Below, piece by piece: positions 38,100-47,471 of a stretch of DNA of 64,000 nucleotides (position 1 is its first letter; each line of letters starts with the position of its first letter). The position numbers and the translations under genes were made by a program. Source of the stretch: an uncultured Bacteroidales bacterium (GTDB taxonomy: Bacteria > Bacteroidota > Bacteroidia > Bacteroidales > UBA932); NCBI GenBank assembly GCA_963931055.1, contig OZ006987.1, positions 1,003,652 to 1,067,651 of the forward strand, given 5' to 3'. Below the pieces are notes generated by a model that was not told the origin of the DNA, ran no database searches, and saw nothing but the letters and a program-made list of their open reading frames with translations.

Positions 38100-41000
38100 T
38101 TACTGATTAAGTTCCCTGCTCCGGCGCACCTCGGGATCCTCTCCCTCGGGATTGGGCGAGAGCTGCATGAATATGAACTGGGCACGGGTCTTCTTGTCCT
38201 TATTCCTCTCACCGTGACGCGAGAGAAGGGCGTAGAAGACAGGCACCACCACGAGGGTCACGATCGTAGACACCAGCAGGCCGCCGATAACTACGATACC
38301 CATGGGCTTCCACATCTCGGCACCCTCACCGTTGCTCATGGCCATAGGCAGCATACCGAGGAAGGTAGTGATGGCCGTCATCAGCACGGGACGCAGACGG
38401 GAGGCTCCGGAGAGGGCGATGGCCTCGTTGAGCTCGTATCCGCGATCGCGCATCAGGTTGGTATAGTCCACCAGCACGATGGCGTTCTTGGTGGCGATAC
38501 CCACCAGCATGATGAATCCGAGCGAGCCGATCATGTCGAGGGTAGTACCGGTAATCCACAGGGCCAGCACCACGCCGGAGAGGGCGAAAGGCACGGCTGT
38601 CATGATCATCACCGGCTTGACAAAGGATTCGAACTGAGATGCCAGCACGATGTATATCAGCATGATGATCAAGGCCAACAGCAGCAGCAAATCCTGGAAG
38701 GTATCTTGCTGGTCCTCGTAATTACCGGCCAGACGGACAGTGATGCCGCTCGGCACGCCCATCTGATCGATGGTCTGCTGGATACCGGCAGCCAGCTCTC
38801 CGAGGGATGTCTCATAAGGAGTCACCGATACCGTGACTACCCTCTGACGGCTCTTGCGCTCGATGGTAGGTGGTGCGAAATACTCCTCTATCCTGCCCAG
38901 TTCCTTTATCTTGATCATGGAGCCGGTCGCGGTAGGAATAGTCATGTTCTCGATATCAGAGATAGAGTTGCGGTCCTCCTCCTGCAGGCGCACCACTATG
39001 TCGTACTCGTCTCCGTCCTCCTTGAGGTAGCCCGAGGCCATACCGTTCACGCGGTTGCGCACGTATGTGGAAACGGTCGATGAGTTGAGGCCGTGGTAGG
39101 CCAGTTTCTCCTTGTCTAGATTGATTTTTATCTCCGGGCGGTCCTTCTCGCGGCTGATGTCGATGTCGCGGGCCCCGTAAACGTTGTCGCGGATGGCCGC
39201 CCTCACCTCCTGGGCGAAGGCATTGGTCTCATCGAAGCTGTAGCCATAGATCTCCACATCTACAGTGGACGAGGCTCCGCCCATGAAGCTGGAGACACCG
39301 CACTGGAAGTCGATAATCTCAGGATAGGAGGCCAGTTCCTGACGCAGCACCTCGGCTATCTCGAAGATGGAGCGGTCACGCTCGTTCTTCTTGTTGCAGA
39401 CCACGGTCATGGACATGGTGTTGTTCATGGTGGTGGAGAACATGGCCGAGACACCGTCGTCGTCCGTAGTACCGGCGGATGTGGATATCAGCTCTATCTC
39501 GGGTACCAGCTCGTAGAAACGGCTCTCGATATAGCGGGCCATCTTGGCTGTCTCCTCAATACGGTAGCCGGTAGCCAGCTCTATGTCCACTGTCAGACGG
39601 CCGTTGTCGGTCTCCTGAATGAAGTCCGTACCGACCTTGCCCATGAGGAACGGCATGATGGACGCTATGAAGAACAGCGATATCGCAACCAGAGTCCAGG
39701 CCTTGTGCCGCAGGCAGAAGCGCAGCAGACGGGCGTAGGCCTTGTCCAGACGGTCCAGCAGGGGAATAACATACCGCTGATACCAGTTGCGCCTGGGCGG
39801 GATGTTCTCGATCACTCCACGCTCGTTGACACGCACGGGACGGGCCTTGAGCAGCTTCGAGCAGAGCATGGGAGTCAGTGAGATGGCCACTACGGTAGAG
39901 GTACATACCATGATGGTCACCAGCCAGCCGAGCTCCTTGAACATGATGCCGGCCATACCGGTGAGCATGGTCAGAGGCACGAACACCACCACTATCACCA
40001 GGGTCGTGGCGATGACCGACACCCACACCTCGTTGGTCGCATAGATGGACGCCTCCCTCGGCGACGAGCCCCTCTCGATATGCTTGGTTATGTTCTCCAG
40101 CACCACGATGGCATCGTCCACCACCATACCGATGGCAACGGTCAGGGAGCTGAGCGATATGATGTTCAGCGAGCTGTCCGCCAGCATCAGGTAGATGAAG
40201 GCCACTATCAGGGATATGGGGATCGTCAGGGAAATAATCAGGGTCGAACGCCACTCTCCCAGGAAGAAAAGCACCACGAGCACCACGAAGAGCAGAGCGT
40301 ACAGAATCGACTCCTCTAGAGAGTTGATGGAGTTGACGATATCCTCCGACGAGTCGTAGATTACCTCTATCTTGATATCGTTGGGCAGAGTCCGCTCGAT
40401 ACGGGCCATCTCCTCCTCCAGGTCCTCGCATATCTGCACGGTATTGGCTCCGGTCTGCTTGGTCACCATCAGGCGGACGCTCTCACGGCCGTTGGTCTTC
40501 TCGTCCAGGCTCAGGTCCTTGATCGTGTCGCGCACTGTGGCAAGGTCCCGCACGAAGACCTGCCGGCCCTCGGGAGTCACCGTCACCACTATGTCGTTGA
40601 TCTCGGAGCTCTCGACATACTCGCTGCGCACCTCCAGCTGATACTGTTCCTTGTTCATCTTGACGGTACCGGAGGAGAGGTTCAGGTTGTTGGCGGCTAT
40701 CGCGCTGCCGACAGTCTCCAGCGGAAGACCGTAGGCATCCAGCTTCTGCTGGTCGATGTCCACGTACACATAACGCTCCGGGGAGCCGGAAAGGGTAAGG
40801 TTTCCGATACCGTTCACCATGCTCAGCTGAGGGATAATCTCATCGTTGAGCAGCTTGTCCAGACCGGGATAGCTCTCGTCCGCAGTAATCGAATACTGGA
40901 GGATAGGCATGGAGCTGGTGCTGAACTTGAAGATGAAGGGATTGGTACAGCCGTCGGGCAGCTCGTCCTTCACCATGTCTATATAGGACCGGACATCGTT

Positions 41001-41315
41001 AATGATCTCGTCCAGGTCCGTACCCCACTCCAACTCGAGCAGCACCACGGAGATATTGTCCTTTGTAGTGGAGGTTATCTCCTTGAGGTAATCGACGGAG
41101 TTGAGGTTGTTCTCTATGATCTTGGTCACGTTGGTCTCTATCTCGGAGGCACTGGCACCCGGATATACCGTAAGTACGGAGATGTACGGCGGGTCCATCT
41201 CCGGGAACTGGTCGATAGGCAGCCTCAGGAAGGAGAACACGCCTATCACTATCACGGCGACGAACACCAGGAGGGTCGTCACCGGACGGTTGATCGCTGA
41301 TTTGTAGATACTCAT
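38100..41315 (-). CDS. RND efflux transporter permease (AcrB/HAE1 type)
   Basis: 1071 aa. N-terminus MSIYKSAINRPVTTLLVFVAVIVIG, duplicated 6-TMS halves, and the VVDDAIVVLENI motif. Confidence 0.9.
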   Translation of the reverse strand: MSIYKSAINRPVTTLLVFVAVIVIGVFSFLRLPIDQFPEMDPPYISVLTVYPGASASEIETNVTKIIENNLNSVDYLKEITSTTKDNISVVLLELEWGTDLDEIINDVRSYIDMVKDELPDGCTNPFIFKFSTSSMPILQYSITADESYPGLDKLLNDEIIPQLSMVNGIGNLTLSGSPERYVYVDIDQQKLDAYGLPLETVGSAIAANNLNLSSGTVKMNKEQYQLEVRSEYVESSEINDIVVTVTPEGRQVFVRDLATVRDTIKDLSLDEKTNGRESVRLMVTKQTGANTVQICEDLEEEMARIERTLPNDIKIEVIYDSSEDIVNSINSLEESILYALLFVVLVVLFFLGEWRSTLIISLTIPISLIVAFIYLMLADSSLNIISLSSLTVAIGMVVDDAIVVLENITKHIERGSSPREASIYATNEVWVSVIATTLVIVVVFVPLTMLTGMAGIMFKELGWLVTIMVCTSTVVAISLTPMLCSKLLKARPVRVNERGVIENIPPRRNWYQRYVIPLLDRLDKAYARLLRFCLRHKAWTLVAISLFFIASIMPFLMGKVGTDFIQETDNGRLTVDIELATGYRIEETAKMARYIESRFYELVPEIELISTSAGTTDDDGVSAMFSTTMNNTMSMTVVCNKKNERDRSIFEIAEVLRQELASYPEIIDFQCGVSSFMGGASSTVDVEIYGYSFDETNAFAQEVRAAIRDNVYGARDIDISREKDRPEIKINLDKEKLAYHGLNSSTVSTYVRNRVNGMASGYLKEDGDEYDIVVRLQEEDRNSISDIENMTIPTATGSMIKIKELGRIEEYFAPPTIERKSRQRVVTVSVTPYETSLGELAAGIQQTIDQMGVPSGITVRLAGNYEDQQDTFQDLLLLLALIIMLIYIVLASQFESFVKPVMIMTAVPFALSGVVLALWITGTTLDMIGSLGFIMLVGIATKNAIVLVDYTNLMRDRGYELNEAIALSGASRLRPVLMTAITTFLGMLPMAMSNGEGAEMWKPMGIVVIGGLLVSTIVTLVVVPVFYALLSRHGERNKDKKTRAQFIFMQLSPNPEGEDPEVRRSRELNQ

Positions 41316-41327
41316 CGCGGACTGTCT

Positions 41328-42341
41328 TTATTTTACCACATTAAGTCTGACTCCGTCCACGAGCTTGGCCTGCCCGGTAGTCACTATAGGATCGCCCACC
41401 TTAAGGCTGTCGCTGGATATCTCGATGGTCTGGTCGTGACGCTCGCCTATCTCCACGAATACGCGCTTGGCCACACCGTCCTCGTCCACGAAGACATAGC
41501 GGTTGTTGGAGCCGATGAGCCTGAGCACCGCCTGATAAGGCACCACCAGAGCCTCGGTCCGGCCCAGGTCAAGCACGGTGCTGACATACATGCCCGGACG
41601 AATCAGCTCGCTGCTGTTGGGAATCCTCAGCTTAAGGGTAAATGTATGCGAAGCCGGGTCAATGGTCGGATATACTATCTCTATCGTAGCCGGGAACACC
41701 TTGTCGGGATAGATGTCGGAGTAGACATTGACCTTCATGCCCTTCTTGACCAGGGGAAAATAAGTCTCGGGGACATTGACATAGGCTTTCAGTTCATTAA
41801 TCTGGGTCAGACGGAGAATGGGCTGCGCTCCGGCGTACAGCTCCCCGTCCTCGTAGCTCTTGGCCGAGATGACTCCGTCGTACTGGGCGAGCACAAATGT
41901 GTTCTCCTCCAGAAAGCGCAGGGACTCGGCGGTCTGGTCGAAGCTCAGTTTGGTCTGGTCGTAGGTCTGCTGCGAGATGGCCTCGCTTTCCAGCAGCATC
42001 CGGACGCGGTTCATCTCTATCTGCAGATTGGCGTATGCCAGACGGGTGGTATTGAGCTGGTTCTGGTCCATCCGCACCAGAGTGTCGCCCTTACGGACCC
42101 TGTCGCCCACCTCCACGTATATTTTCTCGATAATACCCGTAAGCGAGGGCGAGATGTTCATCTCCTCGTAACCCTGAAGGGTCGTCGAAAGTTCTATCTG
42201 CCGCGACACCTCCTGATAAGCCAGCGGAGTGGTCCGCACCTGCTCCACCCTGTCCTGGGAGACTTCCTCCGTGTTGGCTCCGCAGCCGCTCAGCAGCGCG
42301 GCGGCCGTGATAATAGCGATTGCCTTTATTTTCATATCCAT
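41328..42341 (-). CDS. RND periplasmic adaptor (membrane fusion protein) lipoprotein
   Basis: Lipobox LLSGCG, a lipoyl-like motif (GIIEKIYVEVGDRVRKGDTLVRMD), a coiled-coil hairpin and a beta-barrel domain. Confidence 0.85.
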   Translation of the reverse strand: MDMKIKAIAIITAAALLSGCGANTEEVSQDRVEQVRTTPLAYQEVSRQIELSTTLQGYEEMNISPSLTGIIEKIYVEVGDRVRKGDTLVRMDQNQLNTTRLAYANLQIEMNRVRMLLESEAISQQTYDQTKLSFDQTAESLRFLEENTFVLAQYDGVISAKSYEDGELYAGAQPILRLTQINELKAYVNVPETYFPLVKKGMKVNVYSDIYPDKVFPATIEIVYPTIDPASHTFTLKLRIPNSSELIRPGMYVSTVLDLGRTEALVVPYQAVLRLIGSNNRYVFVDEDGVAKRVFVEIGERHDQTIEISSDSLKVGDPIVTTGQAKLVDGVRLNVVK

Positions 42342-42344
42342 AAT

Positions 42345-43721
42345 TTATTTCTGTTCCTGTGTTGATTGTCCGTAAGTATTCTTGTTGAGGAGCTTCTCCA
42401 GCTCGATCTGGGCCGTCACGTAGTCCAGGGCGGCCTGCACGTAGGTGCTCTGGGCCGTGATGAGGGTTGTGGCGGCGTTAGTCACGTCCAGACTGGAAGC
42501 GTGACCGAACTCGTATTTCTTGCCGATATTGTCAAATACGGCCTGGGAGACCTCCACATTCTTCACCTGTGTCTGATAACGCTCGTATGCGGAGGAGAGG
42601 TTGTACTTGAGCTGACGGTGCTGGATATTCAGGGCCATCTTGGTGTTCTCCAAGGTGTTGAGCTGCTTCTGATAATCCAGTTTAGCCTTCTGGAAAGAAG
42701 TATAGTTGCGGCCCGAGGAAAATATGGGGATGGACAGAGTCAGGCCGATCATGTTCGGGGGAGTCATGTTCATGGTCATCTCGTCGGAGAAATACTTCCT
42801 GCCCGTGTACTGGTAGAATGCGCTCAGGGTAGGTCCGTAGGCCCATCCCGCAAGGTTTTTCTGCTTCCTGTACAGTTCGGTGCTCTGCAGGGCCAGCTGA
42901 TAGGAGAAATTGTTCTCCAGGATAAAGTCATCGTAGAGCAGGTCCAGCGAATGCTCCACATCCATCAGATCGTCCAGGGTCTGGGTCAGGACTATCTCCT
43001 TGTCAAAACCGACGTTCATCTGCAGGCGCATGGAGTTGTAGATCATCTCCAGTCCGCGCTCGGCCTCGTTGATGGAAGTTTCCAGAGTGGAGACCTGTAC
43101 CAGAATCTGGTCTGCGTCCACCTGCTCGGCAACACCCGCGTCCACCGACTTCTGGGACAGCTCGTGCAGCTTGCGCACGGTACCGAGGTTGCGCCGGAGC
43201 AGCTCCACCGTCTGCGTACTGACCAGTGCGGAAAAATACAGCAGCCGCACCTGCTCGGCCACCTCCTGCTGCGACTGACGGTGCGAGACATCCGCCATCT
43301 CTATCGACAGCTTGCCTATAAGCGTACTTATAATCTGGGCTCCGCTCACAGACATTGAGGCATTGACACCTATTGAACCGTAAGGTGGCATGGCTATGGC
43401 CAGTCCGGTCTCACCGAACTCCATCTCATACCCCATGTAGTTGGAATAGTCCAATGTTCCATTAACTTGCGGAAGCATGGTCGCAATCGCTCCCCAGCGG
43501 TCAGCCTCCGCCTGACGCATGGCCAGCGAGGAGTTCTGCAGGTCCCAGTTATGCTCCAGCGCGTAGCTCATGGCCTCGTCCAGTGTGAAATACATCACCG
43601 AGGTATCCGCATCCGGCACTGACGGAGCCTGAGCGGCAGCCTTGAACGGAACAGCCCCGGCAATCAGGAAGAGAGCCGAGGCACAGCATACAACTACCGC
43701 TGTTTCTAATTGTTTTCTCAT
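42345..43721 (-). CDS. TolC-family outer-membrane efflux protein
   Basis: 458 aa with two internal repeats and LDEAMSYALEHNWDLQNSSL near the N-terminus. Confidence 0.85.
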   Translation of the reverse strand: MRKQLETAVVVCCASALFLIAGAVPFKAAAQAPSVPDADTSVMYFTLDEAMSYALEHNWDLQNSSLAMRQAEADRWGAIATMLPQVNGTLDYSNYMGYEMEFGETGLAIAMPPYGSIGVNASMSVSGAQIISTLIGKLSIEMADVSHRQSQQEVAEQVRLLYFSALVSTQTVELLRRNLGTVRKLHELSQKSVDAGVAEQVDADQILVQVSTLETSINEAERGLEMIYNSMRLQMNVGFDKEIVLTQTLDDLMDVEHSLDLLYDDFILENNFSYQLALQSTELYRKQKNLAGWAYGPTLSAFYQYTGRKYFSDEMTMNMTPPNMIGLTLSIPIFSSGRNYTSFQKAKLDYQKQLNTLENTKMALNIQHRQLKYNLSSAYERYQTQVKNVEVSQAVFDNIGKKYEFGHASSLDVTNAATTLITAQSTYVQAALDYVTAQIELEKLLNKNTYGQSTQEQK

Positions 43722-44344
43722 TATCGTAACAGTGATTTATTATTTTTCAGATATTCGTCTATATACTCCCGGCCCTTCTCTGTAGCAATACCTCTTATAA
43801 GGAAAAGCATCAGGAAGTCCGAGCCACGGTCATGCTTGATCTCCAGATAATTGCGCACCGCCCTGTCCGTAACCGCCACGGAAAGCTCGAAAAGCTGCAG
43901 GGACAACTGATGCGCGTCCAGGATATCCGTTATGAACAGGCCTTCCTTCTGCCCCTGCCTGATTACTCTCTCCAGCAGTTCACAGTGCCATCTGTTCACA
44001 TCCTGCACCACATTCATGAACACCTCCGGATAATACCGCTTGACCTCCGTAAAGAAGTCATAATAGAAACTCATGCGCTTCTCGTCTTTGTTCTCCAGCG
44101 AGAGCATGAACCACTCAAGGACATTGCCTGATTTTGCGAACTCCTCTTCCGACCGGGTCATATTGTCCTTGTGCATCAGAAGGATACATTCCCTCAACAG
44201 ACCTGCCTTGTCGTGAAACATCTCGTACAGCGTGCGCTTGGACATACCGTTGGCCGAAGCCACATCATCCATTGTCAGCGACTTGCAGCCACGCTCCAGA
44301 AAAAGCGCGGAGGTATTTCTCAGTATTTGCTCCCTGTTCGTCAT
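43721..44344 (-). CDS. TetR/AcrR-family repressor
   Basis: N-terminal HTH LFLERGCKSLTMDDVASANGMSKRTLYEMFHDK. Its stop and the TolC start share one base. Confidence 0.85.
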   Translation of the reverse strand: MTNREQILRNTSALFLERGCKSLTMDDVASANGMSKRTLYEMFHDKAGLLRECILLMHKDNMTRSEEEFAKSGNVLEWFMLSLENKDEKRMSFYYDFFTEVKRYYPEVFMNVVQDVNRWHCELLERVIRQGQKEGLFITDILDAHQLSLQLFELSVAVTDRAVRNYLEIKHDRGSDFLMLFLIRGIATEKGREYIDEYLKNNKSLLR

Positions 44345-44414
44345 AATCAGGTTGCAAACCTAAAAAAACTTCCGCAGTTTCCAAATTTTTATCACAACTG
44401 AACGGCTTATTTAC

Positions 44415-44422
44415 TAACTTTG
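44415..44422 (+). promoter_or_regulatory. candidate -7 promoter box (TAACTTTG) for kbl
   Basis: TAnnTTTG 25 nt upstream of the ATG at 44447. Confidence 0.35.
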
Positions 44423-44446
44423 CGTCCAAACTAAATACACAGCATT

Positions 44447-45637
44447 ATGTACAAAGATTTTCAAGCCTATCTTCAGAACGAGCTGAACAGCATCAAGGAA
44501 GCAGGACTGTACAAGGAAGAGCGCGTAATCGTGTCTCCCCAGGGTCCTGAGATTACCCTTCAGGACGGCACCAAAGCCCTGAACTTCTGTGCCAACAACT
44601 ACCTCGGACTTGCCGACAGCAAGGAACTCGTAAAGGCCGCCAAGGATGCCATGGACACCCACGGCTACGGTATGGCCAGCGTGCGTTTCATCTGCGGTAC
44701 CGGCGACCTGCAGAAGACCCTCGAGGCCAAGATCGCAGAGTTCTTCGGCACTGAGGACACCATCCTCTACGCTGCATGCTTCGACGCCAACGGTGGTGTG
44801 TTCGAGCCCCTTCTGAACGAGCAGGACGCCATCATATCCGATTCCCTCAACCACGCCTCCATCATCGACGGAGTGCGTCTGTGCAAGGCCAAGAGATACC
44901 GTTACGCCAACGCCGACATGGCCGAGTTGGAGAAATGCCTTCAGGAGGCCCAGACCCAGCGTCACCGCATCATCGTCACCGACGGTGTATTCTCAATGGA
45001 CGGCAACGTATGCCCTCTGGACAAGATCCACGCCCTCGCCGAGAAGTACAACGCCATGGTCATGGTCGATGAGTCACACTCAGCCGGCGTCGTAGGCAAG
45101 ACCGGACGCGGCGTCACAGAGCGCTACAATCTCCGTGGCCAGATTGAGATCATCACAGGCACCCTCGGAAAGGCATTCGGCGGCTCCGTCGGCGGATTCA
45201 CCACCGGTAAGAAGGAGATCATCGCCATGCTGCGCCAGAGATCAAGGCCTTATCTGTTCTCCAACTCCATACCTCCCATGATTGCAGCCGCAGGTATCCG
45301 CATGTTCGACATGATGAAGGAGTCCAACGAGCTTCAGGACCGTCTGCACGAGAACACCGACTACTTCATCAGCAGGATGAAGGCCGCCGGCTTCGACATC
45401 AAGCCCACCGAGTCAGCTATCTGCGCCGTCATGCTGTATGACGCCAAGCTGTCCCAGGAGATGGCAGCCCGCCTGCAGGACGAGGGCATCTTCGTAACCG
45501 GCTTCTACTATCCTGTAGTGCCTAAAGACCAGGCCCGTATCCGTGTACAGGTATCTGCCGGCCACAAGAAGGAGCACCTTGACAGATGCGTCGCAGCCTT
45601 CACCAAGATCGGCAAGGAACTCGGCGTCCTGAAATAG
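44447..45637 (+). CDS. kbl: glycine C-acetyltransferase (2-amino-3-ketobutyrate CoA ligase)
   Basis: PLP class II aminotransferase fold. NNYLGL, DESHSAG and the lysine block TGTLGKAFGG. 396 aa. Confidence 0.85.
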   Translation: MYKDFQAYLQNELNSIKEAGLYKEERVIVSPQGPEITLQDGTKALNFCANNYLGLADSKELVKAAKDAMDTHGYGMASVRFICGTGDLQKTLEAKIAEFFGTEDTILYAACFDANGGVFEPLLNEQDAIISDSLNHASIIDGVRLCKAKRYRYANADMAELEKCLQEAQTQRHRIIVTDGVFSMDGNVCPLDKIHALAEKYNAMVMVDESHSAGVVGKTGRGVTERYNLRGQIEIITGTLGKAFGGSVGGFTTGKKEIIAMLRQRSRPYLFSNSIPPMIAAAGIRMFDMMKESNELQDRLHENTDYFISRMKAAGFDIKPTESAICAVMLYDAKLSQEMAARLQDEGIFVTGFYYPVVPKDQARIRVQVSAGHKKEHLDRCVAAFTKIGKELGVLK

Positions 45638-45668
45638 GCCCGCCCTGCTCCACAACACACAAAACCAC

Positions 45669-45704
45669 AAAAGACCGCGTCCTTTCCCGGACCCGGTCTT
45701 TTTC
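45669..45704 (+). terminator. rho-independent terminator after kbl
   Basis: AAAAGACCG...CGGTCTTTT stem with an inner GTCC/GGAC pairing, followed by a T run. Confidence 0.6.
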
Positions 45705-45834
45705 ATTTCCCATCCATTAGATTGCCGTTCCCGTTTTCTTCATATTTTCCGTCCTTTATCTGATTCCCGCCCAATTTCCTCCCTAGCCTTCATCCCCCAT
45801 CCCCTCAAAGTTTCCATATTCTACCCTCTGCCAT

Positions 45835-46181
45835 CGGAGAGTGTACCATTCCTCCACATTATCCGTACACCCTCGCCCATAGATTCTATACGCACCACAC
45901 TCATAAGCACTTCTTGGCGGGCATATCCTACTCCTCCCCCACGAGAGTGTACCATTTTTCCATGCTTCACGTACACTCTCCATCTTGCCAGCCATCCACA
46001 AGCCACTACAAACGGCACAGCATCCATTTCCCAAATGAGAGTGTACCCTTTTCCCACCCTCGTGGTACACTCTCGTGGAGAGGGGAGATGTAGATGCCGA
46101 CGAGAATGGGTTGCGGAGGCGACAAGACAGGATAGCCTCTACGAGGGTGTACCGATATTTCGGGGAAATGGTACACTCCCG
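45835..46181. repeat. cluster of four REP-like palindromic units (each two inverted ~12 nt arms CG(R)GAGTGTACC around a 16-17 nt variable spacer)
   Basis: The units lie at 45837-45874, 45942-45980, 46037-46075 and 46142-46181, spaced about 94-106 bp apart. Arms were read directly, for example GAGAGTGTACC...GGTACACTCTC at 46037/46064. Confidence 0.8.
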
Positions 46182-46206
46182 CATCATCAGTCTCCACAAA
46201 ACAAAA

Positions 46207-47133
46207 CTAAGAATACGGCAAACACCTCTCCAACTGCCCCTGCGATACCCGTAACGCATCTGCAAGGCTCTGACGCACATCATCCACCTCGGAATGGGAA
46301 AGCTGCACATAACTAACTTTCCCATAACGCGGTACACACTGATGGTCTATAATATCGCACAACTCAATATCCGAAACACGTTTCTCGTTGACCCAATGCT
46401 GATTCTGCTTCAAAATCAGCTGCACCTCACTATCCGGCAGAAAAGCCTCTACAGTTCCCAACGTAACCGGCGGCAGACCATCGTCATCTTCCTCCTGCTC
46501 CCGCATCCATCGCTCATAGTCATTACGGTTAAGACCGAACAGAAAAGCGCGGTACGATCCGAAATAACCCTCTACCAAAACACTGTCTACCACATCGTCA
46601 TATGAGATCATGCCGGTTGACCTCAAAACATCAACGTCATCGGGCAGATGATTTTTTATCCGGATAATATCCGACTTTTTCCTTCGAAACACAGCTTCCG
46701 TTACGGGTGAAAAGGATTGTATTTTATTCTTAAAATACTGATTGACGGAAGAGAACGGATAGGAGTAAAGGTTTGCGCACACTTCGTGATGGTAGGGATT
46801 GCGTATGACATAACTTATCGCGGCTGCAATATGACGCCGTCCCTCAAGCTTACTGCAGAAGAAAGCCTTGTCCCCCAATGCTCCCTTGCGCTTGTAACGG
46901 TGATTGAACATCTGTGTATACGAAGTTCTTATCCGCATTACCAGATTGGACGGATCAGCACATACGGCAATCATGTGTACGTGCGTAGACATTATGGCAT
47001 GAGCCAACAGACTGCTGCCAGTCTTGAACACAGCCTGTGCAATGCAGTTGAACATCATGCAGTAATCCTTATAACTTCGGCAAAGTACCTCATTGTGAGA
47101 GGTAAAACAGATATGATACAATCTCCTGCCCAT
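46207..47133 (-). CDS. HUH/Y1 transposase-like protein (RAYT-like) with an unrecognised ~170 aa C-terminal extension
   Basis: HUH motif in AIMSTHVHMIAV and the tyrosine motif AAISYVIRNPYHHEV (Y-x3-NP as in IS200/RAYT enzymes). ATG at 47133 is preceded by AAGGAGGAG. The track start at 47175 is a TTG. Confidence 0.7.
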   Translation of the reverse strand: MGRRLYHICFTSHNEVLCRSYKDYCMMFNCIAQAVFKTGSSLLAHAIMSTHVHMIAVCADPSNLVMRIRTSYTQMFNHRYKRKGALGDKAFFCSKLEGRRHIAAAISYVIRNPYHHEVCANLYSYPFSSVNQYFKNKIQSFSPVTEAVFRRKKSDIIRIKNHLPDDVDVLRSTGMISYDDVVDSVLVEGYFGSYRAFLFGLNRNDYERWMREQEEDDDGLPPVTLGTVEAFLPDSEVQLILKQNQHWVNEKRVSDIELCDIIDHQCVPRYGKVSYVQLSHSEVDDVRQSLADALRVSQGQLERCLPYS

Positions 47134-47230
47134 GTCTCTCTCCTCCTTGTAATCATTTAATGAAAGTCTTTGCAAATATACTAAGAAGCCGAGAGGAGAA
47201 CAAATTTATTTGCTCTACGAAGTTTCAGTT

Positions 47231-47355
47231 CGGAGAGTGTACCTTCTTTTCTGAAAAATAGTACACACTCCTAGTAAAAACATTCCTATTTGGGGCAAAT
47301 ACCGCAAAATCCCTCGAAGAGTGTACTACTATCAAGCATCTGTGGTACACTCTCG
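47231..47355. repeat. two further REP-like palindromic units on the 5' side of the RAYT-like gene
   Basis: 47231-47271 reads CGGAGAGTGTACC...AGTACACACTCC. 47315-47355 reads CGAAGAGTGTAC...GGTACACTCTCG. Confidence 0.75.
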
Positions 47356-47471
47356 CGATGTAGCGAAATACAGGAAAGAAAGCATCTAGAATGCGGGAAA
47401 ATACAACTATTTTTTTTGGTTATGTTGATTTTTTCTATCTTTGACAGCGCAAAACACTAACTTCTAGTACC

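Noticed and set aside
38618-38640. A GTTCGAATCC string (tRNA T-arm-like) on the minus strand.
   Set aside because: It lies inside the RND permease coding frame. No acceptor stem, anticodon arm or D-arm can be drawn around it.
45835-46181. I asked whether the regularly spaced repeats could be a CRISPR array.
   Set aside because: Each repeat is an inverted pair with a variable centre and degenerate arms. The inter-unit gaps are irregular (about 56-68 bp). Only four units lie on one side, with two more beyond a gene, and no cas genes are present in the window.
45783-46337. Track ORFs over the REP-like cluster (45783..46337-, 45821..46057-, 46006..46197-, 46035..46316+).
   Set aside because: They overlap one another and the palindromic repeats, have odd Trp/Arg/Gly-rich composition, and one runs into the RAYT-like gene. 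The repeat structure explains the region better.
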